Assembly (NCBI RefSeq): GCF_009914755.1 | Contig: NC_060937.1 | Source: the human T2T-CHM13v2.0 reference genome, Homo sapiens | DNA: 64,000 nucleotides | Reading direction: 5' to 3' (one strand) | In this document: piece by piece, positions 1 to 15,150 of the stretch | How the letters are laid out: each line of letters opens with the position of its first letter | How positions within the stretch are numbered: the first letter of the stretch is position 1 | Notes under the pieces: generated by a model | What the model was told of the DNA's origin: nothing | Seen by the model: the letters and a program-made list of their open reading frames with translations, nothing else | Database searches by the model: none | Program-made: the position numbers and the translations under genes

Positions 1-3000
1 AAATACATATTATATACTGTACATGCAATATCAAAGTTCACAAACTATATATTATATACTGTACATAAAATATCAAAGCACCCAAGGTATATATTCTATA
101 CTGTACAAAAAATATAAAAGTACCCAAAACATGTATTATATACTGTACATAAAATATGAAAGTACATCAAATATATATTTTATTCTGTACATAAAATATC
201 AAAGTACACCAAATATATATTCTATAGAGTACATAAAATATCAAAGTACCCAAACTATACATTATATACTGTACATAAAATATGAAATTACATCAAATAT
301 ATATTATAATAGGTACATAAAATATGAAAGTACATCAAATATAAATTATGTACTGTACATAAAATACCAAAGAACCCCAAATATATATTATATACTGTAC
401 ATGAAATATCAAAGTTCACAAACTATATATTATATACTGTATATAAAATATCAAAGTACCCAAGGTATATATTCTATACTGTACAAAAAATATCAAAGTA
501 CCCAAAGCATGTATTATATACTGTTCATAAAATATGAAAGTACATCAAATATATATTTTATTCTGTACATAAAATATCAAAGTACACCAAATATATATTC
601 TATAGTGTACATTAAATATCAAAGTACCCAAACTATACATTGTATACTGTACATAAAATATGAAATTACATCAAATATATATTATATTAGGTACATAAAG
701 AATGAAAGTACATCAAATATAGATTATATACTGTACATAAAATACCAAAGTACCCCAAATACATATTATATACTGTACATGAAATATCAAAGTTCACAAA
801 CTATATATTATATACTGTACATAAAATATCAAAGTACCGAAGGTATATATTCTATACTGTACAAAAAATATCAAAGTACCCAAAGCATGTATTATATACT
901 GTACATAAAATATGAAAGTACATCAAATATATATTTTATTTTGTACATAAAATATCAGTATACCAAATATATATTCTATAGTGTACTTAAAATATCAAAG
1001 TACCCAAACTGTACACTACATACTGTACATAAAATATGAAATTACATCAAATATATATTATATTAGGTACATAAAATATGAAAGTACATCAACTATAATT
1101 TATATACTGTACATAAAATACCAAAGTACCCCAAATATATATTATATACTGTACATAAAATATCAAAGTACCGAAAGTATATAGTCTATACTCTACAAAA
1201 AATATCAAAGTACCCAAAGCATGTATTATATACTGTACATAAATTATGAAAGTACATCAAATATATATTTTATTCTGTACATAAAATATCAAAGTACACC
1301 AAATATATACTCTATAGTGTACATAAAATATCAAAGTACCCAAACTATACATTATATACTGTACATAAAATATGAAATTACATCAAATATATATTATAAT
1401 AGGTACATAAAATATGAAAGTACATCAAATATAAATTATATACTGTACATAAAATACCAAAGAACCCCAAATATATATTATATACTGTACATGAAATATC
1501 AAAGTTCACAAACTATATATTATATACTGTATATAAAATATCAAAGTACCCAAGGTATATATTCTATACTGTACAAAAAATATCAAAGTACCCAAAGCAT
1601 GTATTATATACTGTTCATAAAATATGAAAGTACATCAAATATATATTTTATTCTGTACATAAAATATCAAAGTACGCCAAATATATATTCTATAGTGTAC
1701 ATTAAATATCAAAGTATCCAAACTATACATTATATACTGTACATAATATATGAAATTACATCAAATATATATTATATTAGGTACATAAAATATGAAAGTA
1801 CATCAAATATAGATTATATACTCTACATAAAATACCAAAGTACCCCAAATACATATTATATACTGTACATGAAATATCAAAGTTCACAAACTATATATTA
1901 TATACTGTACATAAAATATCAAAGTACCAAAAGTATATATTCTATACTGTACAAAAAATATCAAAGTACCCAAAGCATGTATTATATACTGTACATAAAA
2001 TATGAATGTACATCAAATATATATTTTATTCTGTACATAAAATATCAAAGTACACCAAATATATATTCTATAGTGTACATAAAATATCAAAGTACCCAAA
2101 CTATACATTATATACTGCACATAAAATATGAAATTACATCAAATATATATTATATTAGGTACATAAAATATGAAAGTACATCAAATATATATTATATACT
2201 CTACATAAAATACCAAAGTACCCCAAATACATATTATATACTGTACATGCAATATCAAAGTTCACACACTATATATTATATACTGTACATAAAATATCAA
2301 AGTACCGAAGCTATATATTCTATACTGTACAAAAAATATCAAAGTACCCAAAGCATGTATCATATACTGTACATAAAATATGAAAGTACATCAAATATAT
2401 ATTTAATTCTGTACATAAAATATCAAAGTACACCAAATATATATTCTATAGTGTACATAAAATATCAAAGTACCCAAACTATACATTATATACTGTACAT
2501 AAAATATGAAATTACATCAAATATATATTACATTAGGTACATAAAATATGAAAGTACATCAAATATAGATTATATACTGTACATAAAATACCAAAGTACC
2601 CCAAATACATATTATATACTGTACATGCAATATCAAAGTTCACAAACTATATATTATATACTGTACATAAAATATCAAAGTACCCAAGGTATATATTCTA
2701 TACTCTACAAAAAATATCAAACTACGCAAAGCATGTATTATATACTGTACATAAAATATGAAAGTACATCAAATATATATTTTATTCTGTACATAATATA
2801 TCAAAGTACACCAAATATATATTCTATAGTGTACATAAAATATCAAAGTACCCAAACTATACATTATATCCTGTACATAAAATATGAAATTACATCAAAT
2901 ATATATTATAATAGGTACATAAAATATGAAAGTACATCAAATATAAATTATATACTGTACATAAAATACCAAAGAACCCCAAATATATATTATATACTGT

Positions 3001-6000
3001 ACATGAAATATCAAAGTTCACAAACTATATATTATATACTGTATATAAAATATCAAAGTACCCAAGGTATATATTCTATACTGTACAAAAAATATCAAAG
3101 TACCCAAAGCATGTATTATATACTGTTCATAAAATAAGAAAGTACATCAAATATATATTTTATTCTGTACATAAAATATCAAAGTACACCAAATATATAT
3201 TCTATAGTGTACATTAAATATCAAAGTACCCAAACTATACATTGTATACTGTACATAAAATATGAAATTACATCAAATATATATTATATTAGGTACATAA
3301 AGTATGAAAGTACATCAAATATAGATTATATACTGTACATAAAATACCAAAGTACCCCAAATACATATTAAATACTGTACATGAAATATCAAAGTTCACA
3401 AACTATATATTATATACTGTACATAAAATATCAAAGTACCGAAGGTATATATTCTATACTGTACAAAAAATATCAAAGTACCCAAAGCATGTATTATATA
3501 CTGTACATAAAATATGAAAGTACATCAAATATATATTTTATTCTGTACATAAAATATCAAAGTACACCAAATATATATTCTATAGTGTACATAAAATATC
3601 AAAGTACCCAAACTATACATTATATACTGTACATAAAATATGAAATTACATCAAATATATATTATATTAGGTACATAAAAAATGAAAGTACATCAAATAT
3701 ATATTATATACTCTACATAAAATACCAAAGTACCCCAAATACATATTATATACTGTACATGCAATATCAAAGTTCACACACTATATATTATATACTGTAC
3801 ATAAAATATCAAAGTACCGAAGCTATATATTCTATACTGTACAAAAAATATCAAAGTACCCAAAGCATGTATTATATACTGTACATAAAATATGAAAGTA
3901 CATCAAATATATATTTAATTCTGTACATAAAATATCAAAGTACACCAAATATATATTCTATAGTGTACATAAAATATCAAAGTACCCAAACTATACATTA
4001 TATACTGTACATAAAATATGAAATTACATCAAATATATATTACATTAGGTACATAAAATATGAAAGTACATCAAATATAGATTATATACTGTACATAAAA
4101 TACCAAAGTAACCCAAATACATATTATATACTGTACATGCAATATCAAAGTTCACAAACTATATATTATATACTGTACATAAAATATCAAAGCACCCAAG
4201 GTATATATTCTATACTGTACAAAAAATATAAAAGTACCCAAAACATGTATTATATACTGTACATAAAATATGAAAGTACATCAAATATATATTTTATTCT
4301 GTACATAAAATATCAAAGTACACCAAATATATATTCTATAGTGTACATAAAATATCAAAGTACCCAAACTATACATTATATACTGTACATAAAATATGAA
4401 ATTACATCAAATATATATTATAATAGGTACATAAAATATGAAAGTACATCAAATATAAATTATGTACTGTACATAAAATACCAAAGAACCCCAAATATAT
4501 ATTATATACTGTACATGAAATATCAAAGTTCACAAACTATATATTATATACTGTATATAAAATATCAAAGTACCCAAGGTATATATTCTATACTGTACAA
4601 AAAATATCAAAGTACCCAAAGCATGTATTATATACTGTTCATAAAATATGAAAGTACATCAAATATATATTTTATTCTGTACATAAAATATCAAAGTACA
4701 CCAAATATATATTCTATAGTGTACATTAAATATCAAAGTACCCAAACTATACATTGTATACTGTACATAAAATATGAAATTACATCAAATATATATTATA
4801 TTAGGTACATAAAGTATGAAAGTACATCAAATATAGATTATATACTGTACATAAAATACCAAAGTACCCCAAATACATATTATATACTGTACATGAAATA
4901 TCAAAGTTCACAAACTATATATTATATACTGTACATAAAATATCAAAGTACCGAAGGTATATATTCTATACTGTACAAAAAATATCAAAGTACCCAAAGC
5001 ATGTATTATATACTGTACATAAAATATGAAAGTACATCAAATATATATTTTATTTTGTACATAAAATATCAGTATACCAAATATATATTCTATAGTGTAC
5101 TTAAAATATCAAAGTACCCAAACTGTACACTACATACTGTACATAAAATATGAAATTACATCAAATATATATTATATTAGGTACATAAAATATGAAAGTA
5201 CATCAACTATAAATTATATACTGTACATAAAATACCAAAGTACCCCAAATATATATTATATACTGTACATAAAATATCAAAGTACCGAAAGTATATATTC
5301 TATACTGTACAAAAAATATCAAAGTACCCAAAGCATGTATTATATACTGTACATAAATTATGAAAGTACATCAAATATATATTTTATTCTGTACATAAAA
5401 TATCAAAGTACACCAAATATATATTCTATAGTGTACATTAAATATCAAAGTACCCAAACTATACATTATATACTGTACATAAAATATGAAATTACATCAA
5501 ATATATATTATATTAGGTACATAAAATATGAAAGTACATCAAATATATATTATATACTCTACATAAAATACCAAAGTACCCCAAATACATATTATATACT
5601 GTACATGCAATATCAAAGTTCACACACTATATATTATATACTGTACATAAAATATCAAAGTACCGAAGCTATATATTCTATACTGTACAAAAAATATCAA
5701 AGTACCCAAAGCATGTATTATATACTGTACATAAAATATGAAAGTACATCAAATATATATTTAATTCTGTACATAAAATATCAAAGTACACCAAATATAT
5801 ATTCTATAGTGTACATAAAATAAGAAAGTACCCAAACTATACATTATATACTGTACATAAAATATGAAATTATATCAAATATATATTACATTAGGTAAAT
5901 AAAATATGAAAGTACATCAAATATAGATTATATACTGTACATAAAATACCAAAGTACCCCAAATACATATTATATACTGTACATGCAATATCAAAGTTCA

Positions 6001-7740
6001 CAAACTATATATTATATACTGTACATAAAATATCAAAGCACCCAAGGTATATATTCTATACTGTACAAAAAATATAAAAGTACCCAAAACATGTATTATA
6101 TACTGTACATAAAATATGAAAGTACATCAAATATATATTTTATTCTGTACATAAAATATCAAAGTACACCAAATATATATTCTATAGTGTACATAAAATA
6201 TCAAAGTACCCAAACTATACATTATATACTGTACATAAAATATGAAATTACATCAAATATATATTATAATAGGTACATAAAATATGAAAGTACATCAAAT
6301 ATAAATTATGTACTGTACATAAAATACCAAAGAACCCCAAATATATATTATATACTGTACATGAAATATCAAAGTTCACAAACTATATATTATATACTGT
6401 ATATAAAATATCAAAGTACCCAAGGTATATATTCTATACTGTACAAAAAATATCAAAGTACCCAAAGCATGTATTATATACTGTTCATAAAATATGAAAG
6501 TACATCAAATATATATTTTATTCTGTACATAAAATATCAAAGTACACCAAATATATATTCTATAGTGTACATTAAATATCAAAGTACCCAAACTATACAT
6601 TGTATACTGTACATAAAATATGAAATTACATCAAATATATATTATATTAGGTACATAAAGTATGAAAGTACATCAAATATAGATTATATACTGTACATAA
6701 AATACCAAAGTACCCCAAATACATATTATATACTGTACATGAAATATCAAAGTTCACACACTATATATTATATACTGTACATAAAATATCAAAGTACCGA
6801 AGGTATATATTCTATACTGTACAAAAAATATCAAAGTACCCAAAGCATGTATTATATACTGTACATAAAATATGAAAGTACATCAAATATATATTTTATT
6901 CTGTACATAAAATATCAAAGTACACCAAATATATATTCTATAGTGTACATAAAATATCAAAGTACCCAAACTATACATTATATACTGTACATAAAATATG
7001 AAATTACATCAAATATATATTATATTAGGTACATAAAATATGAAAGTACATCAAATATATATTATATACTCTACATAAAATACCAAAGTACCCCAAATAC
7101 ATATTATATACTGTACATGCAATATCAAAGTTCACACACTATATATTATATACTGTACATAAAATATCAAAGTACCGAAGCTATATATTCTATACTGTAC
7201 AAAAAATATCAAAGTACCCAAAGCATGTATTATATACTGTACATAAAATATGAAAGTACATCAAATATATATTTAATTCTGTACATAAAATATCAAAGTA
7301 CACCAAATATATATTCTATAGTGTACATAAAATATCAAAGTACCCAAACTATACATTATATACTGTACATAAAATATGAAATTACATCAAATATATATTA
7401 CATTAGGTACATAAAATATGAAAGTACATCAAATATAGATTATATACTGTACATAAAATACCAAAGTAACCCAAATACATATTATATACTGTACATGCAA
7501 TATCAAAGTTCACAAACTATATATTATATACTGTACATAAAATATCAAAGTACCCAAGGTATATATTCTATACTGTACAAAAAAAAAAAGTACCCAAAAC
7601 ATGTATTATATACTGTACATAAAATATGAAAGTACATCAAATATATATTTTATTCTGTACATAAAATATCAAAGTACACCAAATATATATTCTATAGTGT
7701 ACATAAAATATCAAAGTACCCAAACTATACATTATATACA
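1..7740 (+). repeat. Left domain: canonical 378-bp 9-mer HOR
   Basis: The ATG(A/C)AATATCAAAGTTCACA monomer recurs at 23, 401 and 779, and at 5983, 6361, 6739, 7117 and 7495 (378-bp steps). Monomer order is fixed (SSQT, STQG, KK-STQSM, ESTSNIYF, STPNIYSIV, STQTIH, EITS-IRY, ESTSNID, STPN). Markers: TCTATAGTG, AGCATGTAT. Confidence 0.93.
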
Positions 7741-10700
7741 GTACATAAAAGATGAAATTACATCAAATATATATTATATTAGGTATGTAAAATATGAAAG
7801 TACATCAAATATAGATTATATACTGTACATAAAATACCAAAGTACCCCAAATATGTATTTTATACTGTACATGAAATATCAAAGTTCTCAAACTATATAT
7901 TATATACTGCACATAAAATATCAAAGTACCCAAGGTATATATTCCATACTGTACAAAAAATATCAAAGTACCCAAAGCATATATTATATGCTGTACATAA
8001 AATATGAAAGTACATCAAATATATATTTTATTCTGTACATAAAATATCAAAGTACACCAAATATATATTCTATACTGTACATAAAATATCAAGGTACCCA
8101 AACTATACATTACATACTGTACATAAAATATGAAATTACATCAAATATATATTATATTAGGTACGTAAAATATGAAAGTACATCAAATATAGATTCTATA
8201 CTGTACATAAAATATCAAAGTACCCAAATATATATCATATACTGTACATGAAATATCAAAGTACACAAACTATATATTATATACTGTACATAAAATATCA
8301 AAGTACCCAAACTATACATTATATACTGTACATAAAATATGAAATTACATCAAATATATATTATATTAGGTATGTAAAATATGAAAGTACATCAAATATA
8401 GATTATATACTGTACATAAAATACCAAAGTACCCCAAATATATATTTTATACTCTACATGAAATATCAAAGTTCTCAAACTATATATTATATACTGCACA
8501 TGAAATATCAAAGTACCCAAGGTATATATTCCATACTGTACAAAAAATATCAAAGTACCCAAAGCATATATTATATGCTGTACATAAAATATGAAAGTAC
8601 ATCAAATATATATGTTATTCTGTACATAAAATATCAAAGTACACCAAATATATATTCTATACTGTACATAAAATATCAAGGTACCCAAACTATACATTAT
8701 ATACAGTACATAAAATATGAAATTACATCAAATATATATTATATTAGGTACATAAAATATGAAAGTACATCAAATATAGATTCTATACTGTACATAAAAT
8801 ATCAAAGTACGCAAATATATATCATATACTGTACATGAAATATCAAAGTTCACAAACTATATATTATATACTGTACATAAAATATCAAAGTACCCAAACT
8901 ATACATTATATACTGTACATAAAATATGAAATTACATCAAATATATATTATATTAGGTATGTAAAATATGAAAGTACATCAAATATAGATTATATACTGT
9001 ACATAAAATACCAAAGTACCCCAAATATATATTTTATACTGTACATGAAATATCAAAGTTCTCAAACTATATATTATATACTGCACATAAAATATCAAAG
9101 TACCCAAGGTATATATTCCATACTGTACAAAAAATATCAAAGTACCCAAAGCATATATTATATGCTGTACATAAAATATGAAAGTACATCAAATATATAT
9201 TTTATTCTGTACATAAAATATCAAAGTACACCAAATATATATTCTATACTGTACATAAAATATCAAGGTACCCAAACTATACATTACATACTGTACATAA
9301 AATATGAAATTACATCAAATATGTATTATATTAGGTACATAAAATATGAAAGTACATCAAATATAGATGATATACTGTACATAAAATATCAAAGTACACA
9401 AATATATGTCATATACAGTACATGAAATATCAAAGTTCACAAACTATATATTATATACTGTACATAAAATATCAAAGTATCCAAACTATACATTATATAC
9501 TGTACATAAAAGATGAAATTACATCAAATATATATTATATTAGGTATGTAAAATATGAAAGTACATCAAATATAGATTATATACTGTACATAAAATACCA
9601 AAGTACCCCAAATATATATTTTATACTGTACATGAAATATCAAAGTTCTCAAACTATATATTATATACTGCACATAAAATATCAAAGTTCCCAAGGTATA
9701 TATTCCATACTGTACAAAAAATATCAAAGTACCCAAAGCATATATTATATGCTGTACATAAAATATGAAAGTACATGAAATATATATTTTATTCTGTATA
9801 TAAAATATCAAAGTACACCAAATATATATTCTATACTGTACATAAAATATCAAGGTACCCAAACTATACATTACATACTGTACATAAAATATGAAATTAC
9901 ATCAAATATATATTATGTTAGGTACATAAAATATGAAAGTACATCAAATATAGATTCTATACTGTACATAAAATATCAAAGTACCCAAATATATATCATA
10001 TACTGTACATGAAATATCAAAGTTCACAAACTATATATTATATACTGTACATAAAATATCAAAGTACCCAAACTATACATCATATACTGTACATAAAATA
10101 TGAAATTACATCAAATATATATTATATTAGGTATGTAAAATATGAAAGTACATCAAATATAGATTATATACTGTACATAAAATACCAAAGTACCCAAATA
10201 TATATCATATACTGTACCTGAAATATCAAATTCACAAACTATATATTATATACTGTACATAAAATATGAAAGTACCCAAACTATACATTATATACTGTAC
10301 ATAAAAGATGAAATTACATCAAATATATATTATATTAGGTATGTAAAATATGAAAGTACATCAAGTATAGATTATATACTGTACATAAAATACCAAAGTA
10401 CCCCAAATATATATTTTATACTTTACATGAAATATCAAAGTTCTCAAACTATATATTATATACTGCACATAAAATATCAAAGAACCCAAGGTATATATTC
10501 CATACTGTACAAAAAATATCAAAGTACCCAAAGCATATATTATATGCTGTACATAAAATATGAAAGTACATCAAATATATATTTTATTCTGTACATAAAA
10601 TATCAAAGTACACCAAATATATATTCTATACTGTACATAAAATATCAAGGTACCCAAACTATACATTACATACTGTACATAAAATATGAAATTACATCAA

Positions 10701-13148
10701 ATATATATTATATTAGGTACATAAAATATGAAAGTACATCAAATATAGATTCTATACTGTACATAAAATATCAAAGTACCCAAATATATATCAGATACTG
10801 TACATGAAATATCAAAGTTCACAAACTATATATTATATACTGTACATAAAATATCAAAGTACCCAAACTATACATTATATACTGTACATAAAAGATGAAA
10901 TTACATCAAATATATATTATATTAGGTATGTAAAATATGAAAGTACATCAAATATAGATTATATACTGTACATAAAATACCAAAGTACCCCAAATATATA
11001 TTTTATACTGTACATGAAATATCAAAGTTCTCAAACTATATATTATATACTGCACATAAAATATCAAAGTACCCAAGGTATATATTCCATACTGTACAAA
11101 AAATATCAAAGTACCCAAAGCATATATTATATGCTGTACATAAAATATGAAAGTACATCAAATATATATTTTATTCTGTACATAAAATATCAAAGTACAC
11201 TAAATATATATTCCATACTGTACATAAAATATCAAGGTACCCAAACTATACATTATATACTGTACCTAGAATATGAAATTACATCAAATATATATTATAT
11301 TAGGTACATAAAATATGAAAGTACATCAAATATAGATTATATACTGTACATAAAATATCAAAGTACCCAAATATATATCATATACTGTACATGAAATATC
11401 AAAGTTCACAAACTATATATTATATACTGTACATAAAATATGAAAGTACCCAAACTATACATTATATACTGTACATAAAATATGAAATTACATCAAATAT
11501 ATATATTAGGTATGTAAAATATGAAAGTACATCAAATATAGATTATATACTGTACATAAAATACCAAAGTACCCCAAATATATATTTTATACTGTACATG
11601 AAATATCAAAGTTCTCAAACTATATATTATATACTGCACATAAAATATCAAAGTACCCAAGGTATATATTCCATACTGTACAAAAAATATCAAAGTACCC
11701 AAAGCATATATTATATGCTGTACATAAAATATGAAAGTACATGAAATATATATTTTATTCTGTACATAAAGTATCAAAGTACACCAAATATATATTCTAT
11801 ACTGTACATAAAATATCAAGGTACCCAAACTATACATTATACACTGTACATAAAATATGAAATTACATCAAATATATATTATATTAGGTACATAAAATAT
11901 GAAAGTATATCAAATATAGATTATATACTGTACATAAAATATCAAAGTACCCAAATATATATCATATACTGTACATGAAATATCAAAGTTTACAAACTAT
12001 ATATTATATACTGTACATAAAATATCAAAGTATCCTAACTATACATTATATACTGTACATAAAATATGAAATTACATCAAATATATATTATATTAGGTAT
12101 GTAAAATATGAAAGTACATCAAATATAGATTATATACTGTACATAAAATACCAAAGTACCCCAAATATATATTTTATACTGTACATGAAATATCAAAGTT
12201 CTCAAACTATATATTATATACTGCACATAAAATATCAAAGTACCCAAGGTATATATTCCATACTGTACAAAAAATATCAAAGTACCCAAAGCATATATTA
12301 TATGCTGTACATAAAATATGAAAGTACATCAAATATATATTTTATGCTGTACATAAAATATCAAAGTACACCAAATATATATTCTATACTGTACATAAAA
12401 TATCAAGGTACCCAAACTATACATTATATACTGTACCTAGAATATGAAATTACATCAAATATATATTATATTAGGTACATAAAATATGAAAGTACATCAA
12501 ATATAGATTATATACTGTACATAAAATATCAAAGTACCCAAATATATATCATATACTGTACATGAAATATCAAAGTTCACAAACTATATATTATATACTG
12601 TACATAAAATATCAAAGTACCCAAACTATACATTATATACTGTACATAAAATATGAAATTACATCAAATATATATTATATTAGGTATGTAAAATATGAAA
12701 GTACATCAAATATAGATTATATACTGTACATAAAATACCAAAGTACCCCAAATATATATTTTATACTGTACATGAAATATCAAAGTTCTCAAACTATATA
12801 TTATATACTGCACATAAAATATCAAAGTACCCAATGTATATATTCCATACTGTACAAAAAATATCAAAATACCCAAAGCATATATTATATGCTGTACATA
12901 AAATATGAAAGTACATCAAATATATATTTTATTCTGTACATAAAATATCAAAGTACACCAAATATATATTCTATACTGTACGTAAAATATCAAGGTACCC
13001 AAAATATACATTATATACTGTACATAAAATATGAAATTACATCAAATATATATTATATTAGGTACATAAAATATGAAAGTACATCAAATATAGATTATAT
13101 ACTGTACATAAAATATCAAAGTACCCAAATATATATCATATACTGTAC
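7741..13148 (+). repeat. 587-bp 14-mer HOR, first sub-block
   Basis: Unit starts at 8248, 8835, 9422, 10009, 10804, 11391, 11975 and 12562. Fixed markers AGGTATGTA, AGTTCTCAA, CTGCAC, TATTCC, AGCATATATTATATG, CAAGGTACC and a 41-bp monomer (ACCCAAATATATATCATATACTGT). Confidence 0.93.
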
Positions 13149-15150
13149 ATGAAATATCAAAGTTCACAAACTATATATTATATACTGTACACAAAATATC
13201 AAAGTATCCAAGGTATATATTCTATACTGTACAAAAAATATCAAAGTACCCAAATCATGTATTATATACTGTACATAAAATATGAAAGTAAATCAAATAT
13301 ATATTTTATTCTGTACATAAAATATCAAAGTACACCAGATATATATTTTATTGTGTACATAAAATATCAAAGTACCCAAACTATACATTATATACTGTAC
13401 ATAAAATATGAAATTACATCAAATATATATTATATTAGGTACATAAAATATGAAAGTACATCAAATATAGATTATATACTGTATATAAAATATCAAAGTA
13501 CCCCAAATATATATTATATACTGTACATGAAATATCAAAGAACCCAAGGTATATATTCTATACTGTAGAAAAAATATCAAAGTACCAAAAGCATGTATTA
13601 TATACTGTACATAAAATATGAAAGTACATCAAATATATATTTTATTATGTACATAAAATATCAAAGTACACCAGATATATATTTTATAGTGTACATAAAA
13701 TATCAAAGTACCCAAAGTATACATCATATACTGTACATAAAATATGAAATTACATCAAATATATATTATATTTGGTACGTAAAATATGAAATTACATCAA
13801 ATATAGATTATATACTGTACATAAAATATCAAAGTACCCCAAATATATATTATATACTGTACATGAAATATCAAAGTTCACAAACTATATATTATATACT
13901 GTACATAAAATATCAAAGTACCCAATGTATATATTCTATACTGTACAAAAAATATCAAAGTACCCAAAGCATGTATTATATACTGTACAAAAAATATGAA
14001 AGTACATCAAATATATATTTTATTCTGAACATAAAATATCAAAGTACAACAGATATATATTTTATAGTGTACATAAAATATCAAAGTACTCAAACTATAC
14101 ATTACATACTGTACATAAAATATGAAATTACATCAAATATATATTATATTAGGTACATAAAATATGAAAGTACATCAAATATAGATTATATACTGTACAT
14201 AAAATATCAAAGTACCCCAAATATATATTATATACTCTACATGAAATATCAAACTTCAGAATCTATATATTATATACTGTAGAGAAAATATTAAAGTACC
14301 CAACGTATATATTCTATACTGTACAAAAAATATCAAAGTATGCAAAGCATGTATTATATACTGTACATAAAATATGAAAGTACATCAAATATATATTTTA
14401 TTCTGTACATAAAATATCAAAGTACACCAGATATATATTTTATCGTGTACATAAAATATCAAAGTACCCAAACTATACATTATATACTGTACATAAAATA
14501 TGAAATTACATCAAATATATATTATATTAGGTACATAAAATATGAAAGTAGATCAAATATAGATTATTAACTGTACATAAAATATCAAAGAACCCCAAAT
14601 ATATATTATATACTGTACATGAAATATCAAACTTCACAAACAATATATTATATACTGTACATAAAATATCAAAGTACCCAAGGTATATATTCTATACTGT
14701 ACAAAAAATATCGAAGTACCCAAAGCATGTATTATATACTGTACATAAAATATGAAAGTACATCAAATATATATTTTATTCTGTACATATAATATCAAAG
14801 TACACCAGTTATATATTTTATAGTGTACATAAAATATCAAAGTACCCAAACTATACATTATATACTCCACATAAAATATGAAATTACATCAAATATATAT
14901 TATATTAGGTACATAAAATATGAAAGTACATCAAATATAGATTATATACTGTACATAAAATATAAAAGAACCCCAAATATATATTATATACTGTACTTGA
15001 AATATCAAACTTCACAAACTATATATTAAATACTGTACATAAAATATCAAAGTACCCAAGGTATATATTCTATACTGTACAAAAAATATCAAAGTACACA
15101 ACGCATGTATTATATACTGTACATAAAATTTGAAAGTACATCAAATATAT
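13149..15150 (+). repeat. Internal island of variant 378-bp 9-mer HOR (about 5.5 units, one 8-mer)
   Basis: Unit starts at 13149, 13527, 13863 (336-bp step), 14241, 14619 and 14997. The 14-mer markers are absent. A private CCAGATATATATTTTAT.GTG monomer occurs at about 13335, 13671, 14049, 14427 and 14805. Confidence 0.88.
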
